A stretch of DNA of 24,445 nucleotides from a virus. Its lineage: Duplodnaviria; Caudoviricetes. Both the position numbers and the translations under genes were made by a program. The DNA lies in the IMG/VR virus record IMGVR_UViG_3300032294_001330, positions 1 to 24,445 of that record; one strand, written 5' to 3'. Below the pieces are notes generated by a model. The model searched no databases and was not told the origin of the DNA. It worked only from the letters and a program-made list of their open reading frames with translations. Shown here piece by piece: positions 1-8,442 of this stretch. Numbering within the stretch: position 1 is the first letter of the stretch; every line of letters begins with the position of its first letter.

Positions 1-1
1 A

Positions 2-289
2 ATACCCGGAGTAGAAGTTACGGGATTAGTTATTGTTAGAATCCCAGACGATCCCGTTCCCAAACACATAGCACCAGCCTACGAAAATTTAATCAATGAT
101 TTATTAGGTAAGATTGGTGCAGTTTATCACAGTGAGAATACGTATTTCTATTTTTATGAAATACCAGTAGACCTAGTAGGAGAAGAATTGGAAAATATTA
201 TCAAGAACTCATATATAAAAATATATCCTAAAGGCGCAGTAATTGATCACGGTACTTTATTAATGGCAAAATATACAGGTGGTAAATGA
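2..289 (+). CDS. Partial (5'-truncated) CDS, C-terminal part of a paralogue of the GNAT protein at 23137-23871
   Basis: Frame 2 is open from base 2 to TGA 287-289: IPGVEVTG...LLGKIGAVY...EELEN...IKIYP...LMAKYTGGK, matching TPGVEVRG...LNNIGATR...AELAT...FKLYS...IYARWVG of the minus-strand GNAT. ATGA overlap with the next gene. Confidence 0.7.
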   Translation: MPGVEVTGLVIVRIPDDPVPKHIAPAYENLINDLLGKIGAVYHSENTYFYFYEIPVDLVGEELENIIKNSYIKIYPKGAVIDHGTLLMAKYTGGK

Positions 290-1491
290 AATCAAGTGAA
301 TTTATCAATAAAAAATATCTTGAAGAATCATCGGATGAAAAAAATTCGTTAGATGATATTGTTTCGGCATTTGTCAGTCACTATAAAGATGATCCCATGG
401 GTATGTTTATGCATGCCAAGTCTTCTTATCTTGATGCAATAAGCAGTGCAAAGAATTTTTCAACGAAGGCTGCTGAACTTAACAAGTCACATCAAGGAAT
501 GACAAAGCAAGAATTTCAAGTCAGTGTATTGAAACATTTTGGACCTCATCTAAAAAATCATGGTTTTCCTAAACACGCAAGTGAAGATTGGGGTGCTGCT
601 GAACAAGATATGATGAAAAGTCTAACGCAAGGTGTGGCGGAAGGCTCAATTGATGAAATGGCATTACAAACCTATAAGACTATGGGTGACTTTAGTAAGC
701 CAGGACCATTCACAGGCACTGATAAAAAATTAGTACCACATCCTAAAAATATAGAGAAGGCTACAAGATTTTTTGAGAAAACACCATTTGACTTTAGACT
801 GTTCTTTAGTCATCTTAAGGGCACAGGGAAGTATAGTGAACATGGTCCAATGACGCCAGATGAAATTAGAAAAGTATTTGGTCAAGATAGCGAAGAAATT
901 ATCAACGGCAGCGAGGATGCTATCACAGTAGTATATGTTGGCAACAAGGGTGACAGTAAAGTAATGCTTAGTCCATGGATGATGGCACATAGATTTGGTC
1001 ATGCAATACAAGCAGGGGCCAGAAATCAACGATGGCATCCATGGGTTGAAGCAGAAAAATATTTCTTCCAAACAATCAATTCTACACTAGCAGAACACTA
1101 TGGTAAAGTAGATAGTGGTCCTAGTTACTACATGGGGAGACCAAAATCAGACCAATTGAACTACAACTTAACTCCGGAATACAATGCCCTATTCAACGCA
1201 ATAGGTACACAGCGTAGTAGTAAGAGTGGGCAGATTCGTCGTCCATATGAATTCTTATACGAATTGTTTGCTCAATATTTAGGTACAGGCAAGGTAACAT
1301 TAAATCCATTACCGACTAATTTAACATATGGTCGAAAAGTATGGGGAAATCCTACTAAATATATGAACATCAAACCTGAATATCGTGATGAGTTATCTAG
1401 AAAGACTGAATCTGATAGGTTAGCACACACTATGGAATTATTATTCAACGATGTGTTAAGTGACAGTGTTGGTAAAATATTTGTGATGTAA
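286..1491 (+). CDS. Putative virion protein, two-domain, C-terminal zincin-like fold with degenerate HxxxH motif
   Basis: 401 aa ORF; N-terminal MKSSEFI...LEE peptide; QGVAEGS-IDE linker; MMAHRFGHAIQ (HExxH with E->R) and downstream YELFAQY third-ligand-like helix. Confidence 0.5.
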   Translation: MKSSEFINKKYLEESSDEKNSLDDIVSAFVSHYKDDPMGMFMHAKSSYLDAISSAKNFSTKAAELNKSHQGMTKQEFQVSVLKHFGPHLKNHGFPKHASEDWGAAEQDMMKSLTQGVAEGSIDEMALQTYKTMGDFSKPGPFTGTDKKLVPHPKNIEKATRFFEKTPFDFRLFFSHLKGTGKYSEHGPMTPDEIRKVFGQDSEEIINGSEDAITVVYVGNKGDSKVMLSPWMMAHRFGHAIQAGARNQRWHPWVEAEKYFFQTINSTLAEHYGKVDSGPSYYMGRPKSDQLNYNLTPEYNALFNAIGTQRSSKSGQIRRPYEFLYELFAQYLGTGKVTLNPLPTNLTYGRKVWGNPTKYMNIKPEYRDELSRKTESDRLAHTMELLFNDVLSDSVGKIFVM

Positions 1492-1493
1492 TT

Positions 1494-2831
1494 ATGAGAG
1501 CAACTGATTTCTTATTTGACGAACGTAGAAATCCTGAACAGAATCCTAAGGTTCCACCTAATCAAGAAATTGGCAAATACTTGGTTGGTAATAGAGAATA
1601 CAGAAAGATATTTGTGAGTTTCACCACTGTGCCTAAATTAGGTATAAATCCACAGTCAAAATATAACACACCGATTGGTATATACGCATATCCTGGTAAG
1701 TATGTTTATAGTAAAACTGGTACCAGAGGTTCGATGTCAAGTCTTCCGTTTGCAGGTGACTCACCGTATGTAAATATTTTTAAATCAAATGGTAATCTAC
1801 TGTACATAGACAGCCTTAAAAATGATAATGAATTGGTGGGCTATTATGAAGAACTGCGTGGTGTTATGAGTCCATTTGAACGTGGCGAAATGCGTGGTGG
1901 ATATATGCATTATAATGACTATGTGGGAGAATTTATTAAAGAGGCAAATAAATCTGCAAGAATTGATTCTCCTGGTGGATATTTTTGGTATGTGACTATG
2001 AAATGTGCTGAGATTGTAAGTAAGCAAAAAGGCATTGCAAAACCGTTAGCATGGAATTGGATATTCCGCAAACTGGGAATAGATGGTGTAGTAGATGAGG
2101 GCCAAGGCATCATTCATGAAAATGAGCCAACACAAGCAGTATTCTTTAGCATGAATAATATAGAGGTATTAGAACGTGCTGAAAACAAATATAATCCTGA
2201 ACGCATGAATGATCAAAGGTATAGGGGAGAACGTATTAAAAAGTCTTTTGAAACCAAAATACGAGAACTGCGTCCTATCTTACAAAGTGGAAGTTTAGAT
2301 AATCTGATAGAATGGCTGGATGAGGGTGGCAATCACACTTATTTGCGTTATGTTCCTGCAGCACTAAGACCTCAAGTATTGTCACAGCGCCCATTCTATA
2401 TAGGTAATCTAAAAGAACCAACTAAAAATGACTTGTATGCTGCGTTTATAGCAAGTCCTGGATCAATGGCTGCCTACGGTGAAAGACTATTAAAACTAAT
2501 TACTATGGATGATGTCATAGCCATATTGCGTAAGTGGAATGATATTGCAGATAATGTTGATCCGGCTAGACAAAAGACATTCACTGAAAATACTATGAAA
2601 TATTTGATAATGTATCTAAGTGACAGTAATGTAAAAAGAATGGATTTCCTCAAAGAAATGATAAGAGTAAATCCAAACTTATGGGAGTATATTTATGAGG
2701 TATATATTGGTTCAATATCCGATATGAAGGCTTCATATCTAGATATGGTTTACAATATAGCAAAACAACAAGGTAATCAACGTGTACTGAAAGATGTAGA
2801 AAGCCTCAAGTCCATTCTATCTACAAACTAA
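1494..2831 (+). CDS. Putative virion protein with possible ADP-ribosyltransferase-like (ART-PolyVal-like) N-terminal domain and helical C-terminal region
   Basis: 445 aa ORF; MRATDFLFDE start; TPIGIYAYP and LGIDGVVD...HENEPTQAVFF resemble the GxY strand and the GYDG...E.xVF end of ART-like domains. Fold call is tentative. Confidence 0.4.
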   Translation: MRATDFLFDERRNPEQNPKVPPNQEIGKYLVGNREYRKIFVSFTTVPKLGINPQSKYNTPIGIYAYPGKYVYSKTGTRGSMSSLPFAGDSPYVNIFKSNGNLLYIDSLKNDNELVGYYEELRGVMSPFERGEMRGGYMHYNDYVGEFIKEANKSARIDSPGGYFWYVTMKCAEIVSKQKGIAKPLAWNWIFRKLGIDGVVDEGQGIIHENEPTQAVFFSMNNIEVLERAENKYNPERMNDQRYRGERIKKSFETKIRELRPILQSGSLDNLIEWLDEGGNHTYLRYVPAALRPQVLSQRPFYIGNLKEPTKNDLYAAFIASPGSMAAYGERLLKLITMDDVIAILRKWNDIADNVDPARQKTFTENTMKYLIMYLSDSNVKRMDFLKEMIRVNPNLWEYIYEVYIGSISDMKASYLDMVYNIAKQQGNQRVLKDVESLKSILSTN

Positions 2832-2834
2832 ATA
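2828..2834 (+). promoter_or_regulatory. T4-like late promoter -10 element (CTAAATA), 5 nt upstream of the ATG
   Basis: ctaaata-ctaac-ATG(2840); resembles the T4 late promoter TATAAATA; same spacing at 5747. Confidence 0.55.
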
Positions 2835-2839
2835 CTAAC

Positions 2840-4471
2840 ATGAGAGCCTTTGAATTTTCAGTACCACAAAAAGAAATTCTTGATGAAATAGCCATGGACC
2901 CAACAAGTCTCAGTAAGGCTGTTCAGGGTATCAGTGGCGCACTTGCTGGTATGGAATTTGAAATGTACGTGCCTGACGTTACTAATCCAGACGGTAATAG
3001 TTCTGATGAACCAGAAATGGATTATTCTGACAATCCACGCATATATGACATTGATAGCATTGAAGATTTTTTTTATGGCGACCATAATAGTCGCAGAATG
3101 GTCAGAGATGCAATAACAACGTTGACTGATACTTTCAATGAATGGAAATGGAATCAATTTTTAGATGATGGTCGTGAGTGGTTCGATAGTTGGCTACTAA
3201 ACAACGGAAACTATGATCCGGATGATCCTACCTGGGATTCATTTGAGGAATACGCCGATGTAGAATGGAAGTACATAACAAGACGACCTGCCGGCATAGC
3301 ATTTGAAGAATGGGTAGATGAAACGGAACCCAGCGAAATGGATTTCTTAAGAAGTGAAGGATATGTGCGAATGTCCGATCTAGTTGATTTTCGTCCAGGA
3401 TTATCGTGGCCTAATTGGACATATCCAGAAAGTTCAGGTGGTTCTAGATCAATTGAATATATCGCATATGACTTTAGTAAGGCTATTGGTAGAAAAGCAA
3501 ATTGGTCTGAAAAATATCATGGGTGTGTGCGTACAAAAGATGCATATTGTGTGGAGCCAGATGGCAGTTTAGATAACAAAGATGATGACACAGACATGGG
3601 ATTAGAATTTATCAGCCCACCATTGCCTATAGCCGAAATGATCAAAGATTTGGAATTAGTAAAACAATGGGCTAACTCTGAAAATTGCTATACAAATTCG
3701 TCCACTGGTCTACATATGAATGTAAGTATCCCTGGATTTAGTTTAGAAAAGGTAGATTTTGTTAAATTGACATTATTACTAGGAGACAATTATATACTAG
3801 ACGCATTTGATCGTGCTAGTAGTACGTATTGCGGTAGTACATTGAAAAAAATTCAATCAGTGATTGACAGAAATCCCGTTGATGCGCGTATGCTGTTTAA
3901 TCAGATGCGAAAAGGTTTAGATTCTATCGCAGCAAATATATTACGCCCAACACTCAACAAATACATGAGTATTAATCCACAAACTGGTAAGTCAGGTAGT
4001 TACATTGAGTTTCGTAGTCCCGGTGGTGATTGGTTAAATGCTACTACCCAGACATTAGTTAATACTATGCTAAGATTTGTTGTAGTATTAGATGCGGCAA
4101 TGGACTCAACCAAGTATCGTCAAGAATATCTTAAAAAGTTATACAAGTTGTTGTCTCCCGTTGGTCAGCCAGACATAGTTAAATTATTCTCTGAATTTAG
4201 TACAGGCGCATTAGATAAACAATATTTAGTTACAACGCTTCGCCGTATAAAAACAGAAAGAGATATACAACGTGGGAAAGTAGATCCTAATCAAAATTAC
4301 TGGTGGGCGGTAAAATACGGATCAACGACGATTGAGGTGGTTGCTAAAAACGAGGTAGAAGCAAAGGGCAAGGCATACAGAGAAATTATGCCGGCTCCTG
4401 CCGCCGTCAATCCTGAAATTATTGCTATGATGACCACAACAAGATTATCACCATATCAACAAAATACATAA
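2840..4471 (+). CDS. Putative amidoligase (COOH-NH2 ligase, glutamine synthetase-like superfamily)
   Basis: Motifs GMEFE, EPDGSL, GLEFISPP, STGLHMNVS, KYMSIN, YIEFRSPGG, typical of phage putative amidoligases; large acidic insertion after the first motif. Confidence 0.8.
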   Translation: MRAFEFSVPQKEILDEIAMDPTSLSKAVQGISGALAGMEFEMYVPDVTNPDGNSSDEPEMDYSDNPRIYDIDSIEDFFYGDHNSRRMVRDAITTLTDTFNEWKWNQFLDDGREWFDSWLLNNGNYDPDDPTWDSFEEYADVEWKYITRRPAGIAFEEWVDETEPSEMDFLRSEGYVRMSDLVDFRPGLSWPNWTYPESSGGSRSIEYIAYDFSKAIGRKANWSEKYHGCVRTKDAYCVEPDGSLDNKDDDTDMGLEFISPPLPIAEMIKDLELVKQWANSENCYTNSSTGLHMNVSIPGFSLEKVDFVKLTLLLGDNYILDAFDRASSTYCGSTLKKIQSVIDRNPVDARMLFNQMRKGLDSIAANILRPTLNKYMSINPQTGKSGSYIEFRSPGGDWLNATTQTLVNTMLRFVVVLDAAMDSTKYRQEYLKKLYKLLSPVGQPDIVKLFSEFSTGALDKQYLVTTLRRIKTERDIQRGKVDPNQNYWWAVKYGSTTIEVVAKNEVEAKGKAYREIMPAPAAVNPEIIAMMTTTRLSPYQQNT

Positions 4472-4472
4472 T

Positions 4473-5150
4473 ATGATACCTTCTGAAATTATCACCGATG
4501 CAGAAAGCCACACTAGTGCTAGCAAAGAAATTAGAACCAGCCTACGTAAGGCGGGATACAAACTATTGGGTAGTGGGGTAGATGCTACTGTGTGGGCTAA
4601 AAAGTCTGGGCCAGTAATTAAAATCATTATGCCAGATGATAAAATGGGAGCAGGACAAGCAGGTGATACTTTCATGAAATTTTATGAGTTCTGTAAGGAA
4701 AATAGTAGTATAGAAAACTTGCCTAGATTTTCGCACAATGAAGTAGATGTTTTTGATGCAGATGGAAAACAATATATCATGGCTACAATGGAAAGATTGA
4801 GTCCAATACCAAATGGAAGTTTTCAAGAAGCAATGGTATGGTTTTTGAGCGACTATGCAACTAAAAAAATGACATGGAATAAAGTAGTGCAAGATTTAAA
4901 AAATGAGCAAAATTGGATTAACTACACATCCGAATCTTGGGCATCAGACCCATTAGAAATGATGCTACGATTTGATAGTTTAGACAAACGTAATTTGTTA
5001 GAATATGAAGTTCTTTACAAATTGATGGTGTTGTTATGGCATAAGGGCAATATAAATAAGATGGGCTGGGATCTGCACACGGAAAATGCTATGATGCGAA
5101 ACAATACAATTGTAATCACTGATCCATGGTTTAACATAAGATTGGAATAA
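4473..5150 (+). CDS. Protein kinase-like enzyme (ePK/APH-like fold)
   Basis: Gly loop LLGSGVDATVW, VIKI lysine, hinge MERL, catalytic loop WDLHTENAM, Mg-binding ITDP. Confidence 0.8.
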   Translation: MIPSEIITDAESHTSASKEIRTSLRKAGYKLLGSGVDATVWAKKSGPVIKIIMPDDKMGAGQAGDTFMKFYEFCKENSSIENLPRFSHNEVDVFDADGKQYIMATMERLSPIPNGSFQEAMVWFLSDYATKKMTWNKVVQDLKNEQNWINYTSESWASDPLEMMLRFDSLDKRNLLEYEVLYKLMVLLWHKGNINKMGWDLHTENAMMRNNTIVITDPWFNIRLE

Positions 5151-5151
5151 T

Positions 5152-5754
5152 ATGAAAATAAAAGAGATAATAACAGAAAGAAAAAAGAAATCTCGTAGAA
5201 AAAATCTTAAGAAATACTATTACACGGGTTATGGTTACTATGGATTGACAGGTTCAGATAGTTCGGGTGACGGTGGCGGTGGCGGTGAAAGTGTTTACGA
5301 AGACGACAGTGATCATCGGCAACAATTACAAAAAACTGGATTCTGGGGTAGACAAGGTGCTGGTTGTTTGTTCTTAGCCATGGATACAAAAAGACTTTGT
5401 ATCAATCATCGTAGTCGTCAGGTAGAAGAACCCGGCACATGGGGAACTTGGGGAGGTGCTATTGATAGTGGGGAAAATCCTGAAGTAGCATTGAAAAGAG
5501 AAGTTAGAGAAGAAGCCGGGTATAATGGCAAGATGAAGCTGGTTCCATTGTATGTGTTCAAACATAGTAGTGGCTTCACTTATTATAACTACCTAGCACT
5601 AGTAGAAACAGAGTTTACGCCTGTGATGGATTGGGAAACACAGGGTTTCAAATGGGTAGAATATGGCAAATGGCCTACACCATTGCATCCTGGATTAAAG
5701 TTACTATTGAACGATCCAGCAAGTCTAGCAACTATACAAAAATACACTAAATAG
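5152..5754 (+). CDS. Nudix hydrolase with basic and Tyr/Gly-rich N-terminal extension
   Basis: Canonical Nudix box GGAIDSGENPEVALKREVREEAG; C-terminal PLHPG. Confidence 0.9.
   Translation: MKIKEIITERKKKSRRKNLKKYYYTGYGYYGLTGSDSSGDGGGGGESVYEDDSDHRQQLQKTGFWGRQGAGCLFLAMDTKRLCINHRSRQVEEPGTWGTWGGAIDSGENPEVALKREVREEAGYNGKMKLVPLYVFKHSSGFTYYNYLALVETEFTPVMDWETQGFKWVEYGKWPTPLHPGLKLLLNDPASLATIQKYTK
5747..5753 (+). promoter_or_regulatory. T4-like late promoter -10 element (CTAAATA), 5 nt upstream of the ATG
   Basis: ctaaata-gttgt-ATG(5759). Confidence 0.5.
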
Positions 5755-5758
5755 TTGT

Positions 5759-5953
5759 ATGAGATATAAAGAAATAGTTGAAGAGTTAGAGCCACACCAA
5801 GTCAATAAACTTGACATTGAACCATCCGACCCACGGCATGATCTTTACACACGTTCTATAAGTAACTATACCAATACTGGAAGTAAAAAAATTGCTGATG
5901 AAAACGTAGAACTAGACGAAGAATCAGAATTTCAATTTGTGAGGGCGGTATAA
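5759..5953 (+). pseudogene. In-frame internally deleted paralogue of the ADP-ribosyltransferase at 6534-7250 (64 aa, may be expressed)
   Basis: LDIEPSDPRHDLYTRSISNYT...IAD aligns to LNVEPTDPRHPLYVNSIHRYT...IAD; the tail ENVELDEESEFQFVRAV aligns to ENDAHLEEDTEFKFLGVA; the catalytic core is absent. Confidence 0.75.
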
Positions 5954-6531
5954 TGAATATAGATAGATTAGTCTCAGAAACCGCAGTAAATGAATTGGCT
6001 AAAAAATTACCCAGCCTAGAAAAACACGACTATAACGTAATAGATTCATTGGTCAAACAGATTGGTAACAAACATAATATTACTAATCAAGCATTACAAG
6101 ATTTATTTCTTAGAAAATATCAATCCACACCCATTGATTGGATAAGGAATAAGTTAGATGAAACTGATACTACAGATGTTGATATTGAACAAGAAGTAGA
6201 CAAATTTGTAAATTGGATATCTGGTAAACTAAATCTACAAACCAAACCACAAATAGAACTAAGTTATGACACCGAAGATGCACAGACAAATCATCATACA
6301 GGAAGTCACGTGGATAAATCTAATAAAGTTTGGGTTTATGTAAAAAATAGAAATTTAGTTGACATACTAAGAACAGTGGCACATGAATTAACTCATGTCC
6401 GCCAGGGCGAATTAAACATGATACAACCAGGTGATAGTTACCCAGGTAGCCCAATAGAATTACTTGCCGATATGTTTGCTGGAAAAATGATCAAAATATA
6501 CGGCGAACAGAATCATCACATTTTCCAATAA
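5953..6531 (+). CDS. Zincin-like metallopeptidase with small N-terminal helical domain
   Basis: TVAHELTHVRQ (HExxH) plus downstream IELLAD glutamate; the N-terminal domain is shared with the partial ORF at 24351-24443. Confidence 0.75.
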   Translation: MNIDRLVSETAVNELAKKLPSLEKHDYNVIDSLVKQIGNKHNITNQALQDLFLRKYQSTPIDWIRNKLDETDTTDVDIEQEVDKFVNWISGKLNLQTKPQIELSYDTEDAQTNHHTGSHVDKSNKVWVYVKNRNLVDILRTVAHELTHVRQGELNMIQPGDSYPGSPIELLADMFAGKMIKIYGEQNHHIFQ

Positions 6532-6533
6532 TT

Positions 6534-7250
6534 ATGCGCATCAACGAATTTACAACTGAAAAAAGTATACATAAAAGTGCAGGTTTAAACGTAGAACCTA
6601 CTGACCCAAGACATCCATTATATGTAAACTCTATACATAGATACACAGGACCAGCTAGCGGACTAATCGCAGATGCATTGCATAGGATGTATCGAGGTAA
6701 AAAATTCAAACTTAATCAAATGATTAAAACTGATATACAAATGTTAGATGACATTATGTATAATCATCCTATTCCTAGTAACATAGTTGTATATCACGGA
6801 GCCAAAGAAAGTCCACTAAGATTGTGGGAAAAACATAAAGTGCCGTTAAATAAATCTATATTTATTTTATTACCGGCTTTTACGAGCACCAGCACATCGA
6901 GAAACAAGGCATATTCGAACTTTGCACTTCCTGATGTATTTAAATTTCAAGGAAAAAAGTTTATACAGAGAGCTGGTCTAAAGATAAATGTACCAACAGG
7001 GACTCCGGGTCTAAGTGTAAAACAATATAGTAGGTTTTCAGATGAAAATGAGATATTGCTAGGTCGTGGGTGTGTATTACAAGTTGGCGCCAATCTTCAC
7101 GGACGGCCCATCACCAACTCACTCTCCCTCCCAAGCCCGGCAGAATTTCCCTGTAAAGTTATAGATGTAAGACCACAAGAACTCGGGTTCAACGAAAACG
7201 ACGCCCATTTAGAAGAAGATACTGAGTTTAAATTTTTGGGCGTAGCCTAA
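6534..7250 (+). CDS. ADP-ribosyltransferase (VIP2/Alt/exoenzyme-like, R-S-E class, His variant)
   Basis: IVVYHG (usually VYRG), FTSTS, DENEILLGRG (ExE). Confidence 0.8.
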   Translation: MRINEFTTEKSIHKSAGLNVEPTDPRHPLYVNSIHRYTGPASGLIADALHRMYRGKKFKLNQMIKTDIQMLDDIMYNHPIPSNIVVYHGAKESPLRLWEKHKVPLNKSIFILLPAFTSTSTSRNKAYSNFALPDVFKFQGKKFIQRAGLKINVPTGTPGLSVKQYSRFSDENEILLGRGCVLQVGANLHGRPITNSLSLPSPAEFPCKVIDVRPQELGFNENDAHLEEDTEFKFLGVA

Positions 7251-7259
7251 CCATTACAC

Positions 7260-7288
7260 TTACATCAAACATCAATTTGTGCTATAAT
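7260..7288 (+). promoter_or_regulatory. Sigma70-type promoter with extended -10, likely leaderless transcript of tilS
   Basis: TG-c-TATAAT at 7280-7288, weak -35 TTACAT at 7260-7265 (17-nt spacer); ATG at 7295 is at the expected +1 and has no SD. Confidence 0.65.
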
Positions 7289-7294
7289 GCATAA

Positions 7295-7885
7295 ATGATT
7301 AAACTACTATTTCCTTTACCTCAACGTATTACCATTGCATTCAGTGGTGGTGTTGATAGTGTTGCAATTACCGATTTTCTAGATAAAAAGCACGATGTAA
7401 CCTGTGCTTTTTATCATCACGGTACAGAAAATAGCGAACGTGCATACGAATTTGTTAGTAAGTTTTGCACTGAAAAAAACTTACCAATAATTGTGGGTTT
7501 CTTGAACAAAACAAAACCCAAAGATCGTAGTTATGAAGAATTTTGGAGAGAAGAAAGGTACAATTTCTTGTCTACATTGGGTCCAGTAGTTACCGCGCAT
7601 CATCTAGATGATTGTGTAGAAACACATATTTGGTCAAGTCTACATGGTAAACCCAAAGTACCGAATCTGATTCGCGGAAACGTCCTTCGCCCATTTCTAA
7701 CTACTAAAAAAGAAGAACTAGTAGACTGGTGTCTGAGGAAAAACCTCACATGGTGCCAGGACTCAAGCAATGACGACCTAAAATATACTAGAAATTATAT
7801 CCGTAAAAATCTAGTACCACATGCATTGCACGTTAATCCAGGATATTACAAGACGGTGAAAAAATTAGTTGAAAAACAACTGTGA
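7295..7885 (+). CDS. tilS: tRNA(Ile)-lysidine synthetase, N-terminal catalytic domain only
   Basis: PP-loop IAFSGGVDS, WREERYNF, TAHHLDDCVET, LRPFL, DSSN...YTRNYIR. Confidence 0.88.
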   Translation: MIKLLFPLPQRITIAFSGGVDSVAITDFLDKKHDVTCAFYHHGTENSERAYEFVSKFCTEKNLPIIVGFLNKTKPKDRSYEEFWREERYNFLSTLGPVVTAHHLDDCVETHIWSSLHGKPKVPNLIRGNVLRPFLTTKKEELVDWCLRKNLTWCQDSSNDDLKYTRNYIRKNLVPHALHVNPGYYKTVKKLVEKQL

Positions 7886-7918
7886 TACATATACAATACA
7901 TATTTCAAAGGAGAATAC

Positions 7919-8182
7919 ATGAACGATACAGTAACTTTTAGCGGTGACCAAAAGATTAAGTTAAAGCAACTCATCAATGAGGGCATGGGTGTAATGAATG
8001 AAATCGACACATTGCAAGGTGGATTGACGGACACCATCAAGGCTGTTGCTGAAGAATTGGAAGTTAAGCCTAGTGTACTCAAAAAGGCTATCCGAGTAGC
8101 ACACAAGGCTAGTCTAACACAAACCAATCAGGAACACGAAACTCTCAATACTATTTTAGAGGCTGTTGGGAAGACAATATGA
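7919..8182 (+). CDS. Small dsDNA-binding protein (T4 DsbA/GapR-like)
   Basis: 87 aa helical protein, pattern EIDTLQGGLTDTIKAVAEELEVKPSVLKKAIRVAHK; AGGAG SD; lies upstream of the DNA polymerase. Confidence 0.6.
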   Translation: MNDTVTFSGDQKIKLKQLINEGMGVMNEIDTLQGGLTDTIKAVAEELEVKPSVLKKAIRVAHKASLTQTNQEHETLNTILEAVGKTI

Positions 8183-8442
8183 GTAGCAGCAGGCAGGCAA
8201 TACACGATGATGAAGAAGATTGGGATCATTTTTGCAAGAAAACTGGTGCAGACAGTCGTTGGAAACTCTACAGTCAAGAATATGATCACGCAAAAGAGCA
8301 ACACAATAAGTACGGATATACTCATCGTGAATTGAAACTGGCAGTTGCGCATGCTATTCAACGCAACGAACTAGCAACGGCTCAAGCAAACGAGTGGAAA
8401 GAACTCAAGCAATTTATTGAGTTGGAGAAAAAGTATCAATGA
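8179..8442 (+). CDS. Hypothetical protein
   Basis: 87 aa ORF with ATGA overlaps at both ends. Confidence 0.65.
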   Translation: MSSSRQAIHDDEEDWDHFCKKTGADSRWKLYSQEYDHAKEQHNKYGYTHRELKLAVAHAIQRNELATAQANEWKELKQFIELEKKYQ

